Source of the DNA: Gaiellaceae bacterium
GTDB taxonomy: Bacteria > Actinomycetota > Thermoleophilia > Gaiellales > Gaiellaceae
Assembly (NCBI GenBank): GCA_035574435.1
Contig: DATLYU010000016.1
Coordinates: 1 to 56,004, forward strand
Length of the DNA stretch: 56,004 nucleotides
Direction of reading: 5' to 3'
Part shown: positions 26,712 to 36,849 of the stretch, piece by piece
How positions within the stretch are numbered: position 1 is the stretch's first letter
Layout: every line of letters begins with the position of its first letter
Made by a program: the position numbers and the translations under genes
Notes under the pieces: generated by a model
The model's database searches: none
The model's input: the letters and a program-made list of their open reading frames with translations, nothing else
Told to the model about the DNA's origin: nothing

Positions 26712-28916
26712 ATGAGCGTCCTCGACGCCCGATCGCACCATGCCCACCTCGTCGAGGAGCTGATCTCCGAGGTCGAGGCGTACAACCCGGAGGTGGACGC
26801 GGAGCTCCTGCGGCGGGCGTTCGCCGTCGCGGAGCGCGCGCACGCCGGCCAGACGCGCCGCTCGGGCGAGGAGTTCATCCACCACCCGCTCGGCGTCGCC
26901 CGCATCTGCGCGGAGCTGCACCTGGACGAGCAGACGATCGCGGCCGCGCTCCTGCACGACGTGATCGAGGACACGGGCAGCGACCTGGAGGACGTGCGGG
27001 CCGAGTTCGGCGCCGAGATCGCGCAGCTCGTGGAGGGAGTCACGAAGCTGACCCGGATCAGCTTCCAGAGCCGCGAGCAGGCCGAGGCGGAGAACTACCG
27101 GAAGATGATCGTGGCGATGGCGCAGGACGTGCGCGTCATCCTCATCAAGCTCGCCGACCGGCTCCACAACATGCGCACCATCGAGTACCTGGGTCGCCAG
27201 AAGCAGGCGCAGAAGGCGCGCGAGACGCTCGAGGTGTACGCGCCGCTCGCGCACCGCCTCGGCATCCACGCGCTCAAGTGGGAGCTCGAGGACCTCGCCT
27301 TCCAGACGCTGCACCCGCGCAAGTACGCGGAGATCAAGGCGATGGTCGCCGACCAGCGCGCCGACCGCGAGGCGCAGGCGGAGAAGGCTGCGGCGATCCT
27401 GGGGGAGGAGCTGCGCAAGGCGGACGTGCCCGCCGAGATCACGGGCCGCGCCAAGCACCTGTACTCGATCTACGACAAGATGGCCAAGCGCGGGCGGGAG
27501 TTCAACGAGATCTACGACCTGACCGCGCTGCGCGTCATCTGCGAGCGCTCGGGCGAGGAGGGGACTCGCGACTGCTACGCGGCGCTCGGCCTCGCGCACT
27601 CGCTCTGGAAGCCGATGCCCGGCCGGTTCAAGGACTTCATCGCCATGCCCAAGCTGAACCGCTACCGCTCCCTGCACACGACCGTGATCGGGCCGGAGGG
27701 CAAGCCGCTCGAGATCCAGGTGCGGACGCGCGAGATGCACGAGGAGGCCGAGTACGGCGTCGCCGCGCACTGGCTGTACAAGCGAGGACGGGCGGCCAAG
27801 ACCGACGACGAGTGGCTCACGTGGGTGAAGTCGCTCATGGACTGGCAGGGCGACGAGCAGGACCCGGGCGAGTACATGCGCACGCTTCGCACCGACCTCT
27901 TCGCGGACGAGGTGTACGTGTTCACCCCCAAGGGCGAGGTGAAGGTGCTGCCCGCCGGCGCCACCCCGATCGACTTCGCGTACGCGGTCCACACCGACGT
28001 CGGCCACCGCACGGTGGGCGCCAAGGTGAACGGCCGTATCGTCCCGCTCCACTACCGCCTGCGCAGCGGCGACTTCGTGGAGATCCTGACCTCGAAGTCG
28101 GGGCGCGGCCCCTCCCGGGACTGGCTCGCGCTGGTGACCTCCTCCCGAGCCCGCAACAAGATCCGGCAGTGGTTCCAGCGCGAGACGCGCGAGGAGACGG
28201 AGGCGAAGGGTCGCGACCTGCTCGACCAGGCGCTGAAGGCGCAGAAGCTCCCCTACCGCAAGCTGCAGGGCTCGAGCGTCCTCGCGCAGGTGATCCGCGA
28301 GACCGGGTTCAAGAAGGCGGAGGATTTCTTCGTCGCGCTCGGCGCCGGGAAGCTCCAGCCCGCGCAGATCGTGAACAAGGTCATCCAGCGCCTGAAGACG
28401 GACGAGGTCGCGGACGAGCCGGCCCTGACCACGAAGCCGCCGCGGGCGAAGACGGCCATCTCGAGCGAGCGGCTGGGGATCACCGTGCCGGGGGTGGAGG
28501 ACGTCCTCGTCCGCCTGGCCAAGTGCTGCACGCCCGTCCCGGGAGACCCCATCGTCGGCTACGTCTCGCTCGGCCGCGGCATCACCGTCCACCGCCGGGA
28601 CTGCCCGAACGTGCGCGCGCTCCGGCGCAACCCGGAGCGCTTCACGGAGGTGGAGTGGGAGGGAGGTGCCTCGTCCGGCTTCCTGGTGCAGATCGCGGTG
28701 GACGCGTTCGACCGGGCGCGCCTGCTCGAGGACGTCGCCCGCACGTTCGCCGAGCACGGGGCGAACATCGTCTCCTACGGCGGCGTGGTGGAGGACGGGA
28801 TGGCGCGCAACTGGTACACGGCGGAGGTCGGAGAGGTGAAGGAGCTGCGCTCGCTCCTCACCGCCCTGCGCAACCTGGACGCCGTCTTCGACGCCTACCG
28901 GGTGACGCCGTCGTAG
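26712..28916 (+). CDS. relA: bifunctional (p)ppGpp synthetase/hydrolase (RelA/SpoT homologue)
   Basis: HD hydrolase domain (HPLGVA…LLHDVIEDT), synthetase domain (YRSLHTTV, AHWLYK), and TGS and ACT regions. Confidence 0.95.
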   Translation: MSVLDARSHHAHLVEELISEVEAYNPEVDAELLRRAFAVAERAHAGQTRRSGEEFIHHPLGVARICAELHLDEQTIAAALLHDVIEDTGSDLEDVRAEFGAEIAQLVEGVTKLTRISFQSREQAEAENYRKMIVAMAQDVRVILIKLADRLHNMRTIEYLGRQKQAQKARETLEVYAPLAHRLGIHALKWELEDLAFQTLHPRKYAEIKAMVADQRADREAQAEKAAAILGEELRKADVPAEITGRAKHLYSIYDKMAKRGREFNEIYDLTALRVICERSGEEGTRDCYAALGLAHSLWKPMPGRFKDFIAMPKLNRYRSLHTTVIGPEGKPLEIQVRTREMHEEAEYGVAAHWLYKRGRAAKTDDEWLTWVKSLMDWQGDEQDPGEYMRTLRTDLFADEVYVFTPKGEVKVLPAGATPIDFAYAVHTDVGHRTVGAKVNGRIVPLHYRLRSGDFVEILTSKSGRGPSRDWLALVTSSRARNKIRQWFQRETREETEAKGRDLLDQALKAQKLPYRKLQGSSVLAQVIRETGFKKAEDFFVALGAGKLQPAQIVNKVIQRLKTDEVADEPALTTKPPRAKTAISSERLGITVPGVEDVLVRLAKCCTPVPGDPIVGYVSLGRGITVHRRDCPNVRALRRNPERFTEVEWEGGASSGFLVQIAVDAFDRARLLEDVARTFAEHGANIVSYGGVVEDGMARNWYTAEVGEVKELRSLLTALRNLDAVFDAYRVTPS

Positions 28917-28920
28917 TGCC

Positions 28921-29586
28921 TCAGCCAGACCGGCCGAGCGCGGTGACGCGCACGGGGCGCGCGTACACGAGGTAGCGCTGGCTCGAGAAGAAGCGCGGAT
29001 GGCAGGCCTGCAGCACGAGCTCCTCGCGCCCGCGCGAGCGCAGGACGGAGAGGTCGTTGTCGTCCACGATCCGGTGGCGCACGACCCGGTACTCGAGCCG
29101 CGCGTACGGCACCTCCAGCGTGATCCGGTCGCCGGCGCGCAGGCGGTCGATGTCGGAGAACGGCGCTCCGAAGGTCGTGCGGTGGCCGGCCACGTACACG
29201 AGCGCGCGCTCGCCCGGCATGGCCGTCTCCAGGTGCCGTCCGGGCCCGCGCCGCAGGTCGTCCGGGTCGGTGCCGTTCACGACCACCACGTCCAGGCCGA
29301 GCCGCGGGACGACGAGCCGCGCGATCGCCTCCCCCTCCGCGCTCTCGCGCCGGTAGCGGCGGGCGTCGGCGCGCAGGTCGGGCAGCGCTCGCGGCCGGCG
29401 CGGCCGGGGTGGGGGCTGCGGCGCGGGACGCCAGGTCGCGAGCCGCCGGTCGAGCTCGTCCTCGAGCCGCCGCTGCTCGTAGGCGGTGTACAGCGTCGTG
29501 AACGGGTCCTTCCACAGGTAGACCGTGGCCGACCAGGCCAAAACGCCGATCCCGGCGGCCACGAGGAGCGTCCCCAGCCGGCGCAT
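28921..29586 (-). CDS. class E-type sortase (transpeptidase)
   Basis: N-terminal TM (LGTLLVAAGIGVLAW), catalytic His (VAGHRTT), Cys (LVLQACHP) and a downstream Arg. Start set at MRRLGT. Confidence 0.8.
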   Translation of the reverse strand: MRRLGTLLVAAGIGVLAWSATVYLWKDPFTTLYTAYEQRRLEDELDRRLATWRPAPQPPPRPRRPRALPDLRADARRYRRESAEGEAIARLVVPRLGLDVVVVNGTDPDDLRRGPGRHLETAMPGERALVYVAGHRTTFGAPFSDIDRLRAGDRITLEVPYARLEYRVVRHRIVDDNDLSVLRSRGREELVLQACHPRFFSSQRYLVYARPVRVTALGRSG

Positions 29587-29639
29587 CACGCCGCGCCTCC
29601 CCGGGCAGGAACGGCGCTCGCAGATCCGGAGGCGGGCGG

Positions 29640-31517
29640 GTGCTGATCGGACGGCGTCATCGCAGCTGGCTCGTGGCGCTCGCGACCGCGGCGCTCGTGG
29701 CCGCGGCCGCCGGTAGCCAGGGAGCGTACTTCTCGCAGTCGTGGGGCTGGGTCGCCCTCGGCTTTCTCGGCGCCCTGTGCGTCGCCACCCTCCTGGGAAG
29801 CGCGCACCTGCCGTCCCGTCCTGTGGGCACATTTGCGATCGGGCTCACCGCCTATGCGTGCTGGATGGCCGCCTCCACTGCTTGGTCCGTGAGCGCGCCT
29901 GGATCGGTTCGCGAGTTGGAGCGGTTCCTCGTCTACCTCTCCGTCGGACTTGCGGTGGCGTTTGTGGCCCGCCGAACAGATGCCTACGCAGTTGTCGCCG
30001 GTGTTCACCTCGGCATCACCGGCATCGCCTTGTACGCCCTGTGGCAGCGGCTCTTCCCCGACACGAGCACCACAGCAGCGTTCCTCACGCCACTCTTCCG
30101 AGCGGAGCCGATCGGCTATCGCAACTCGCTGGGCCTGTTCGCAGCGCTCGGCGTCCTGCTCGCGCTCGCGCTAGGCCTCTACGGGCGCACGCGACCGGTG
30201 CGTCTTGTCGCGACGGCGTCCACGGTGCCCCTCGCGGCGCTGCTGTACTTGAGCTTCAGCCGGGGGGCGTGGATCGGGCTCGGCGTGGGGTTGATGGTCG
30301 CCATCGCGTTGGATCCGCATCGCGTCCGTCTCGTGACCTTCGTGCTCGCGGTCTCGGTGCCGGCGATCGTCTGCATCGCACTCGTTTCGCGCGAGGAGTT
30401 GCTGACGACTGATCAACCGCTGGAGGGCCTCGACGTGACCGCCGCGGGAATGCGAGCGCTGTTCTGGATCTTTGCGCTCACCTGCGCATCCGGAGGGCTC
30501 GCATGGCCGGCGAGAGTGGCTGCACGACGGGCGGCGCGTAGCGGTGTGGCAGCCCGCGTCGTGAACCTCGGGGTTCCGCTCCTGCTGGTTGCAGCCCTCG
30601 CCGTGCCGGTCGTCGCTTTCGGGGGGCCGAGCCGGGCCATCGCCGAGTTCCAAGAGCGCTTCTCCGCGCCTCCGAGTGCTGGGTTCGAAGGCAACTCCAG
30701 GCTCTTCGACTTGTCGGGAAACAGGCGCGGAGAGCTGCTCGCAGTTGCCTGGGATGCGGCTCTGGAACGGCCCATAACAGGCCACGGGGCTGGTGCGTTC
30801 GAGTACCTCTGGTACGAGCGTCGGACGACGCACGATACGGTCCGCGACGCGCACTCCCTCTATGCCGAAGCCTTCGCGGAGCTCGGCGGCGTTGGTCTGC
30901 TTCTGCTGGTTGCCACGCTCGCGACGCCGTTCGCGGCTGCCTTCAGGAGCAGGCAGACGAGCCTCGTGCCACTCACGACAGGAGGTTTCGCCGCCTGGGT
31001 CGCACACAGTGCCATCGACTGGCACTGGGAAGTCGTCGCCGTCACGCTGGCCGCGTTCCTCTGCGCGGCCATCCCGCTCGTAATGGCCCGGCGAGGCCAG
31101 CCGCGGCCGCTCTCGGGCCGTGCCACGGTGGTCGTCGTTGCCGCTGGCATTGCACTCTCGATCGCGGCCGTGGTCAGCCTAGTGGGGAACCAGGCGCTCT
31201 TCGCGAGCCAGGAGGCGCTGGCCCGCAACGAGCCGGCCGAGGCGACCGAGCACGCCCGCCGCGCCCGGACGCTGCTGCCCTGGTCGGCCGAGCCGCACCT
31301 CGCCCTGGGCGACGCTCGGGCCGCACTCGGCGATCGCGAAGGGGCCCTGCGGGCCTACCGGGACGCGGTGGAGACCAACCCGCGGAGCTGGGTGGCCTGG
31401 CTGCACCTCGCGCAGGTCGCACGTGGGCGCGAGCGCGAGGCCGCGTACGCGCGCGTGCACGAGCTCAACCCACGTGAGGGCAGCCTGCCGGGCGAGGGTG
31501 CCGACCCCCGGCCCTGA
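29640..31517 (+). CDS. polytopic membrane protein with O-antigen ligase/polymerase (Wzy_C) domain and C-terminal TPR repeats
   Basis: At least 10 TM helices. Wzy_C-like block (SRGAWIGLGVGLMVAIAL … GHGAGAFEYLW … AHSLYAEAFAELGGVGLLLL). TPR-like tail (…GDREGALRAYRDAVETNPRSWVAWLHLAQV). The exact start is uncertain. Confidence 0.75.
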   Translation: MLIGRRHRSWLVALATAALVAAAAGSQGAYFSQSWGWVALGFLGALCVATLLGSAHLPSRPVGTFAIGLTAYACWMAASTAWSVSAPGSVRELERFLVYLSVGLAVAFVARRTDAYAVVAGVHLGITGIALYALWQRLFPDTSTTAAFLTPLFRAEPIGYRNSLGLFAALGVLLALALGLYGRTRPVRLVATASTVPLAALLYLSFSRGAWIGLGVGLMVAIALDPHRVRLVTFVLAVSVPAIVCIALVSREELLTTDQPLEGLDVTAAGMRALFWIFALTCASGGLAWPARVAARRAARSGVAARVVNLGVPLLLVAALAVPVVAFGGPSRAIAEFQERFSAPPSAGFEGNSRLFDLSGNRRGELLAVAWDAALERPITGHGAGAFEYLWYERRTTHDTVRDAHSLYAEAFAELGGVGLLLLVATLATPFAAAFRSRQTSLVPLTTGGFAAWVAHSAIDWHWEVVAVTLAAFLCAAIPLVMARRGQPRPLSGRATVVVVAAGIALSIAAVVSLVGNQALFASQEALARNEPAEATEHARRARTLLPWSAEPHLALGDARAALGDREGALRAYRDAVETNPRSWVAWLHLAQVARGREREAAYARVHELNPREGSLPGEGADPRP

Positions 31518-31520
31518 CGG

Positions 31521-31823
31521 CTACTGGCTCTTGCTTCGCTCTCGCCGCCGCAGCGCGATGCCGAGCGCCACGAGCGCGCCGCCCACGACCACCGTGCCGA
31601 GCAACGACAGGCCGGTGTTCGGAAGCGCGGACTCGTCGCTCGCCGCCTCGACCGCCGGCTGCTGCTGCGAGACCTGCACGCCCTTCACCTGCGAGCCGTA
31701 CTGATCCGACGCCGAGGACTGCGGGCCCTGCGCGTAGGCAAGGCCGCCGAGGGCGACGAACAGCCCGAGCACGAAGACGAGGTACGCCGTCGCGAAGAGA
31801 ACTCTGGATGTGCGGATGCCCAT
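31521..31823 (-). CDS. 100-aa LPXTG (LPNTG) cell-wall-anchored mini-protein
   Basis: SD gggaggt, signal peptide, a Gln/Ser-rich ~35-aa passenger, then LPNTG (31611-31625), a hydrophobic helix and an RRRERSKSQ tail. Confidence 0.75.
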   Translation of the reverse strand: MGIRTSRVLFATAYLVFVLGLFVALGGLAYAQGPQSSASDQYGSQVKGVQVSQQQPAVEAASDESALPNTGLSLLGTVVVGGALVALGIALRRRERSKSQ

Positions 31824-31907
31824 TCCCCTACCTCCCTTCCCCAGCATACGGGGCCGGGAAACGGCCCGCAACCGGCCGAAGGTCGAGTCTTACCGGGTCG
31901 GCGCCGC

Positions 31908-32558
31908 TCACGCCGGCGTGGCCGGCCACTCTGGCCGGTCGCGGAGCCGGGCCAGGTCCTCGTCTCCGACGGCGAGCTCGGCGAGGTCCGGCCGCAGCTC
32001 GAGCGCGCGCCGCAGGTGCTCGAGCGCCTCCTCGTCGCGTCCGGCGAGCGCCTCCGCGCAGGCGGCGTTGTAGAGCGTCGCCGGGTGGTCCGGGCGCCGC
32101 TCGAGGGCTGCGCGCAGCTCGTCCGCGTACGCGTCGACGTCTCCCGCGGCCCGGTGCCGCTCGGCCGCGAAGAAGTCCTCCCACGGGGACGGTTCGTAGG
32201 CGCCGCCGCGCGGGCCGCCCACTGCGAGCACGGCCGTGTCCGGCTCGGCGGCGACCGCGTGCCGGCTGATGCCCGGCTCGTGCACGAAGACGATCGTCCC
32301 GGCCGGCGCGTCGAGCGTCTCGCCGTCCAGCTCGAACGTCGCGCGCCCGGCGAGGACGAGGTACACCTCCTCGTGGCCGAGCGCGCTCTCCGTGTGCTCC
32401 TCGACCACGTCGTCGCCGGCGCGCGGGGCGACGTACGCGTTGATCCCGAAGGCGCCCACGTCCAGCGTGCGCCTGACGGGACGCCAGAGCAGCCGACCCT
32501 GCACGACCGGGATCGGCTCGATCTCGTCCAGCCGCACGCTGCGCCAGCCCGCCGCCAC
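31908..32558 (-). CDS. cupin domain protein with TPR-like C-terminal extension
   Basis: Cupin core (…EEHTESALGHEEVYLVLAGRATFELDGE…GTIVFV…). C-terminal helical repeat (…LYNAACAEALAGRDEEALEHLRRALEL). Confidence 0.65.
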   Translation of the reverse strand: MAAGWRSVRLDEIEPIPVVQGRLLWRPVRRTLDVGAFGINAYVAPRAGDDVVEEHTESALGHEEVYLVLAGRATFELDGETLDAPAGTIVFVHEPGISRHAVAAEPDTAVLAVGGPRGGAYEPSPWEDFFAAERHRAAGDVDAYADELRAALERRPDHPATLYNAACAEALAGRDEEALEHLRRALELRPDLAELAVGDEDLARLRDRPEWPATPA

Positions 32559-32564
32559 CTGCCG

Positions 32565-32570
32565 ACTCTA
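32565..32570 (-). promoter_or_regulatory. -10-like TAGAGT (minus strand), 6 nt before the cupin gene GTG
   Basis: The reverse complement reads TAGAGT-cggcag-GTG(32558). Confidence 0.4.
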
Positions 32571-32582
32571 CCCGCGGCCGAG

Positions 32583-33683
32583 CTACGACGGGCGCGAGCC
32601 GAGGGTGACGGCGAGCGTGACGCGGCGGCCGTCCCGGAGCACGGTCAGCTCGACGACGTCACCTGGCCGGTGCTCGTCCACCGCGCTCTGCAGCTCCGCG
32701 CTCGTGGCGATCTCGCGCCCGGCGAACGCGACGATGACGTCGCCGCCGGCCGGCAGGCTCTCCCCGTCCACGAGGCGCGCGCCGGTGGCCGGCCGCAGCC
32801 CGGCCTCGTCCGCGGGCGTGCCGCTGCGCACGTCCGTCACCGCCACGCCTTCGGGCACGGTCACCATGGTGATCCCGAGGTACGCGTGCTCGACCTGGCC
32901 GGACGCGACGAGCTGCCGGACGATGGTGCGGACGGTGTCCGAGGGGATCGCGAACCCGACCCCGTCGTTGCCGCCCGACTCAGACTCGATCTGGGCGTTC
33001 ACGCCCACGACCCGGGCCCGCTCGTCGAGCAGGGGCCCGCCCGAGTTGCCGTGGTTGATGGCGGCGTCCGTCTGGATGGAGCTCGTGATCGTGTACCCGT
33101 TCGGTGCCCGCATCTGCCGGTCGAGCGCGCTCACGATGCCGCTCGTCACCGTCCCCTCGAGGCCGAACGGGCTGCCGATTGCCACCACCGGATCGCCGAC
33201 GCGCAGCCGCGAGGAGCTGCCGAGCCGGAGCGGATGGAGCTTCGCCGCCGGCGCGGCGACGTCCAGCACCGCGAGGTCGGTCGAGGCGTCCACGCCCACG
33301 ATCTCGGCCTCGTACGCCGTGCCGTCCCAGAAGCGGACGGAGACGGGACCGCCGCCGGCCACGACGTGCTGGTTCGTGACCACGTGGCCCTGGGCGTCGA
33401 GCACGAAGCCGGACCCTTGCGCCCGGCCCTCCTGCCCGAGCCCGGAGGAGCCGCCCGCGGCCGTGATCTCGACGACGCCACGGTGCGTGCGGGCATGGAT
33501 CTCCGCGACGCCGAGCCCCTGCCCGCTCGCCGTCCGCTCGCTCCCCGTGACCGGCACCTCGCGCACGACCGTGCCGCCGTCGCCGGCCAGCAGGGCAAAC
33601 GCGCCGGCGCCGGCCAGGGCGCCGGCACCGAGCGCCGCCAGCAGGGCGCCGAGGAGGAGGGGAAGACGCGTTGGCGAGGTCAT
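32583..33683 (-). CDS. htrA: HtrA/DegP-type S1C serine protease with PDZ domain
   Basis: N-terminal TM. Catalytic triad context VVTNQHVV (His), TDLAVL (Asp), GNSGGPL (Ser). C-terminal PDZ domain. Confidence 0.9.
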   Translation of the reverse strand: MTSPTRLPLLLGALLAALGAGALAGAGAFALLAGDGGTVVREVPVTGSERTASGQGLGVAEIHARTHRGVVEITAAGGSSGLGQEGRAQGSGFVLDAQGHVVTNQHVVAGGGPVSVRFWDGTAYEAEIVGVDASTDLAVLDVAAPAAKLHPLRLGSSSRLRVGDPVVAIGSPFGLEGTVTSGIVSALDRQMRAPNGYTITSSIQTDAAINHGNSGGPLLDERARVVGVNAQIESESGGNDGVGFAIPSDTVRTIVRQLVASGQVEHAYLGITMVTVPEGVAVTDVRSGTPADEAGLRPATGARLVDGESLPAGGDVIVAFAGREIATSAELQSAVDEHRPGDVVELTVLRDGRRVTLAVTLGSRPS

Positions 33684-33805
33684 CGGAAGCTCCTTTCAGG
33701 GTTTCCCGGCGAGCCTCGCGGCCACTCCTAAGCGGACGCTGAGATCGCTCTAAGAACTCGCTAAGAGCGACCGCGCGGGTGGGGGCCCACCCGCACAATG
33801 GACGC

Positions 33806-34486
33806 GTGGACGTCCTGGTCGTGGACGACGAGCGGGCGGTGCGCGACTCCCTGCGGCGCGCGCTCGAGCTCGAGGGCTACGGCGTGGAGCTGGCCGAGGA
33901 CGGGGAGCAGGCGCTCGCCCGGCTCGCCCGCGCGCCGCGCCCGGACGCCGTCCTGCTCGACGTGCTCATGCCCGGCGTGGACGGCTTGGAGGTCTGCCGG
34001 CGCCTGCGTGCGGCCGGGGACGCGGTCCCCGTGCTCATGCTCACGGCACGCGCCGAGGTGGACAGCCGCGTCGCGGGCCTCGACGCTGGCGCCGACGACT
34101 ACCTCCCGAAGCCGTTCGCCCTCGCGGAGCTGCTCGCCCGGCTGCGCGCGCTGCTCCGGCGTGCTGGGAACGGCGCCGCTCCCGGAGAGCTCCTGCGCTT
34201 CGCCGACCTCGAGCTCGACCCGGGAACGCGCGAGGTGCGCCGCGGCGGGGAGCCGCTGGAGCTGACCCGTACCGAGTTCGCGCTGCTCGAGCTCTTCCTG
34301 CGCAACCCGCGCCAGGTGCTCACCCGCTCCCTGATCTACGACCGCGTGTGGGGCTACGACTTCGGGCCCAGCTCCAACTCGCTCGACGTGTACATCGGGT
34401 ACCTGCGCCGCAAGACCGAGGAGGGCGGGCGGCCGCGCCTCGTCCACACGGTCCGCGGCGTCGGATACGCGCTGCGGGAGCGATGA
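33806..34486 (+). CDS. OmpR-family response regulator (MprA/CseB-like)
   Basis: VLVVDDE…[11 protein letters not shown]…LPKPF, then the winged helix …[12 protein letters not shown]…[15 protein letters not shown] sits 6 nt before GTG 33806. Confidence 0.9.
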   Translation: MDVLVVDDERAVRDSLRRALELEGYGVELAEDGEQALARLARAPRPDAVLLDVLMPGVDGLEVCRRLRAAGDAVPVLMLTARAEVDSRVAGLDAGADDYLPKPFALAELLARLRALLRRAGNGAAPGELLRFADLELDPGTREVRRGGEPLELTRTEFALLELFLRNPRQVLTRSLIYDRVWGYDFGPSSNSLDVYIGYLRRKTEEGGRPRLVHTVRGVGYALRER

Positions 34487-35865
34487 GCTTCCGCGCGCGC
34501 ATCGCGGTCGCCGCCGCCGTGGCCGTCGCGCTGGCCGTGGCGCTCGCCTCGGTGCTCGCCTACGTCGCCGTGCGGGCCGAGCTCCGCGGCCAGGTGGACG
34601 AAACGCTGCGCCGGCGCGCGGCCGAGATCGCCCGCGTGCCGCTGGCGGAGATCCAGGGCCCGGGGGGCCACGCCTACCTGGGTCTCCATCGCGGCTTCGG
34701 GGAGGCGAGCACGTACGTGCAGCTCGTGAAGGCGGACGGCACGATCCTGCGCCAGCCGCTCGACCGTCTCGACCTGCCCGCGAGCGACGACGCGCTCGCC
34801 CTCGCGAACGAGGCCGTCGACACGGAGCTCCTGTTCGAGGACGCGAGGGTGGGCGGGACGCACGTCCGCGTGCTGAGCGTCGCCTACGGGCCGGGCTACG
34901 TCGTCCAGATCGCCCGCTCGCTCGCGGAGGCAGACGACGCGCTCGCACGCCTGCGCGTCCTCCTCGGGCTGGTCGCCCTGGGCGGGATCGGGCTCGCGGG
35001 CGGGCTCGGACTTGCCGTCTCCGGGGCCGCGCTCGCGCCCGTGCGCCGGCTCACCGGGGCCGCGGAGCGGGTGAGCGCGACGGGCGACCTGAGCGAGCGG
35101 ATCGCGGTCGACGGGCGCGACGAGCTGAGCCGGCTGGCAGGGAGCTTCAACGCCATGCTCGGGGCGCTCGAGTCGTCCAGGCGGGCGCAGCGGCAGCTCG
35201 TCGCGGATGCCTCGCACGAGCTGCGCACCCCGCTCACCAGCTTGCGGACGAACATCGAGGTGCTCGCCGGCGACCACTCGCTTCCGCCCGGGGAGCGGGA
35301 GCGCCTGCTCGCGGACGTGGTCGAGCAGCTCGACGAGATGACGACCCTCGTCGCCGAGCTGATCGAGCTCGCGCGAGCCGAGCAGCAGGCCCTCGTCTCG
35401 CCCTCGGCGCTGGAGCCGGTACGGCTGGACGCGGTGGCGGCGGACGCGCTTGCGCGGGCGCGCCGGAACCGCCCCGGCGTGCGCTTCCAGACCGACCTCG
35501 CACCCTCAGTCGTGCGCGGGATCCCGGAGGCGCTCGAGCGGGCGATCGGGAACCTGCTCGACAACGCGGCCAAGTGGAGCCCGCCCGAGGGCGAGGTCAG
35601 CGTCCACGTGGCCCGCGGGCGGGTCGTCGTGCGCGACCGCGGGCCCGGGATCGCCGACGAGGACCTGGCGCACGTGTTCGACCGCTTCTACCGGGCCCGA
35701 AACGCCCGCGGGCTGCCCGGATCCGGTCTCGGCCTGGCGATCGTGCGGCAGGTGGCCGAGGCCCACGGAGGCGCTGTCTCCGCCGAGCGCGCCGAGGGCG
35801 GCGGGACGCGGATCGTGCTCGAGCTGCCCGAGCTCGCGACGGCGGGTAGCGGGCCTCGTCTTTAG
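34483..35865 (+). CDS. sensor histidine kinase (MprB-like)
   Basis: ATGA overlap with the response regulator. TM-sensor-TM-HAMP layout, H box [12 protein letters not shown] box LLDNAAKW, G boxes DRGPGI and GSGLGL. Confidence 0.9.
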   Translation: MSFRARIAVAAAVAVALAVALASVLAYVAVRAELRGQVDETLRRRAAEIARVPLAEIQGPGGHAYLGLHRGFGEASTYVQLVKADGTILRQPLDRLDLPASDDALALANEAVDTELLFEDARVGGTHVRVLSVAYGPGYVVQIARSLAEADDALARLRVLLGLVALGGIGLAGGLGLAVSGAALAPVRRLTGAAERVSATGDLSERIAVDGRDELSRLAGSFNAMLGALESSRRAQRQLVADASHELRTPLTSLRTNIEVLAGDHSLPPGERERLLADVVEQLDEMTTLVAELIELARAEQQALVSPSALEPVRLDAVAADALARARRNRPGVRFQTDLAPSVVRGIPEALERAIGNLLDNAAKWSPPEGEVSVHVARGRVVVRDRGPGIADEDLAHVFDRFYRARNARGLPGSGLGLAIVRQVAEAHGGAVSAERAEGGGTRIVLELPELATAGSGPRL

Positions 35866-35945
35866 GCAGTTCTTAGACGCCTCTCAGCGTGCTCTCAGGC
35901 CACGGCGGTTCGCTCTCCCTGCCACCGACGAAAGGGGGTCCTGCG

Positions 35946-36635
35946 ATGAAGAAGATGCGCACGTTCAAGGTCGCCGCGAGCGTGGCGGCAGCCGGCGCGG
36001 TCGCCGGGGGCGGAGCTGCGCTCGCCGCCTCGGACGGCTGGTCGCCCGCGGGCGAGACGAATGCCGTGCTCGAGGAGGCGGCCGAGGAGCTCGGCGTCGA
36101 GCCTGCGCGGCTTCGCGAGGCGCTGCGGAACGCGCTCGAGAGCCGCCTCGAGGCGGCAGTCGCGGACGGGCGCCTCGACGCCGAGCGCGCGCAGGCGCTC
36201 GAGGAGCGGCTGCGCGCGGGCGAGCTTCCGCTCTTCGGCGTCCCCGGGCACGGCCACGGCCTCCGGCTCCACGGGCCGCACCGCATCCTCGACGAGGCGG
36301 CGTCGTTCCTCGGGCTCGAGGAGGGCGAGCTGCGCGACCGCCTGGCAGCGGGCGAGACGCTCGCCGAGATCGCGCGCGACCAAGGGAAGGCCGTGGACGC
36401 GCTCGTGGACGCGCTCGTCGCGGACGGCCAAAAGCGCCTCGAGGAGGCGGTCGCGAGCGGCCGCCTGACGCGCGCGCAGGCGGACCAGCTCGCCGCCGGG
36501 CTGAGCGAGCACGTGGAGTCGCTCGTCCGCGGGGAGCACGTCGGCCCGCGTCTCCGCTTCGAGGAGGGCGCGCCCTTCGGGGGGCCCCACGGGCACCGGG
36601 GGCCACCGCCCTGGACCGACGGCCCGCACGCGTGA
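35946..36635 (+). CDS. secreted hypothetical protein downstream of the two-component system
   Basis: MKKMRTFKVAASVAAAGAVAGGGAALA signal peptide. Internally repeated helical segments (…EELGVEPARLREAL… / …FLGLEEGELRDRLAAGETLAEIA…). Confidence 0.6.
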   Translation: MKKMRTFKVAASVAAAGAVAGGGAALAASDGWSPAGETNAVLEEAAEELGVEPARLREALRNALESRLEAAVADGRLDAERAQALEERLRAGELPLFGVPGHGHGLRLHGPHRILDEAASFLGLEEGELRDRLAAGETLAEIARDQGKAVDALVDALVADGQKRLEEAVASGRLTRAQADQLAAGLSEHVESLVRGEHVGPRLRFEEGAPFGGPHGHRGPPPWTDGPHA

Positions 36636-36686
36636 TCCCCTCCCTCCCTCGTTCGAGGGATGCTCCCTCGTTCGGGTGGGGTACCT

Positions 36687-36713
36687 CGTTCGAGGGATTG
36701 CGTCCCTCGAACG
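36687..36713. terminator. perfect 11-bp hairpin CGTTCGAGGGA-ttgcg-TCCCTCGAACG
   Basis: Seen directly in the sequence. It is the third copy of a CCTCGTTCG(A/G)GG motif in a convergent intergenic gap. Confidence 0.45.
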
Positions 36714-36748
36714 CGTGAGTACAAGGAGAGAGGGGAGAGGGGAAGGGA

Positions 36749-36778
36749 GCCGCGCGCCCGCCTCGGCGGGCGCGCGGC
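36749..36778. terminator. 14-bp GC hairpin GCCGCGCGCCCGCC-tc-GGCGGGCGCGCGGC
   Basis: Seen directly in the sequence. It immediately follows a 27-nt all-purine tract (36723-36749). Confidence 0.45.
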
Positions 36779-36849
36779 AGAACCGCCCCGAACCCACGGG
36801 CGGGGCGGTCGTCCCCCTCCCCCGAACGTGCGTGTGCGGAGGTGCGCGC

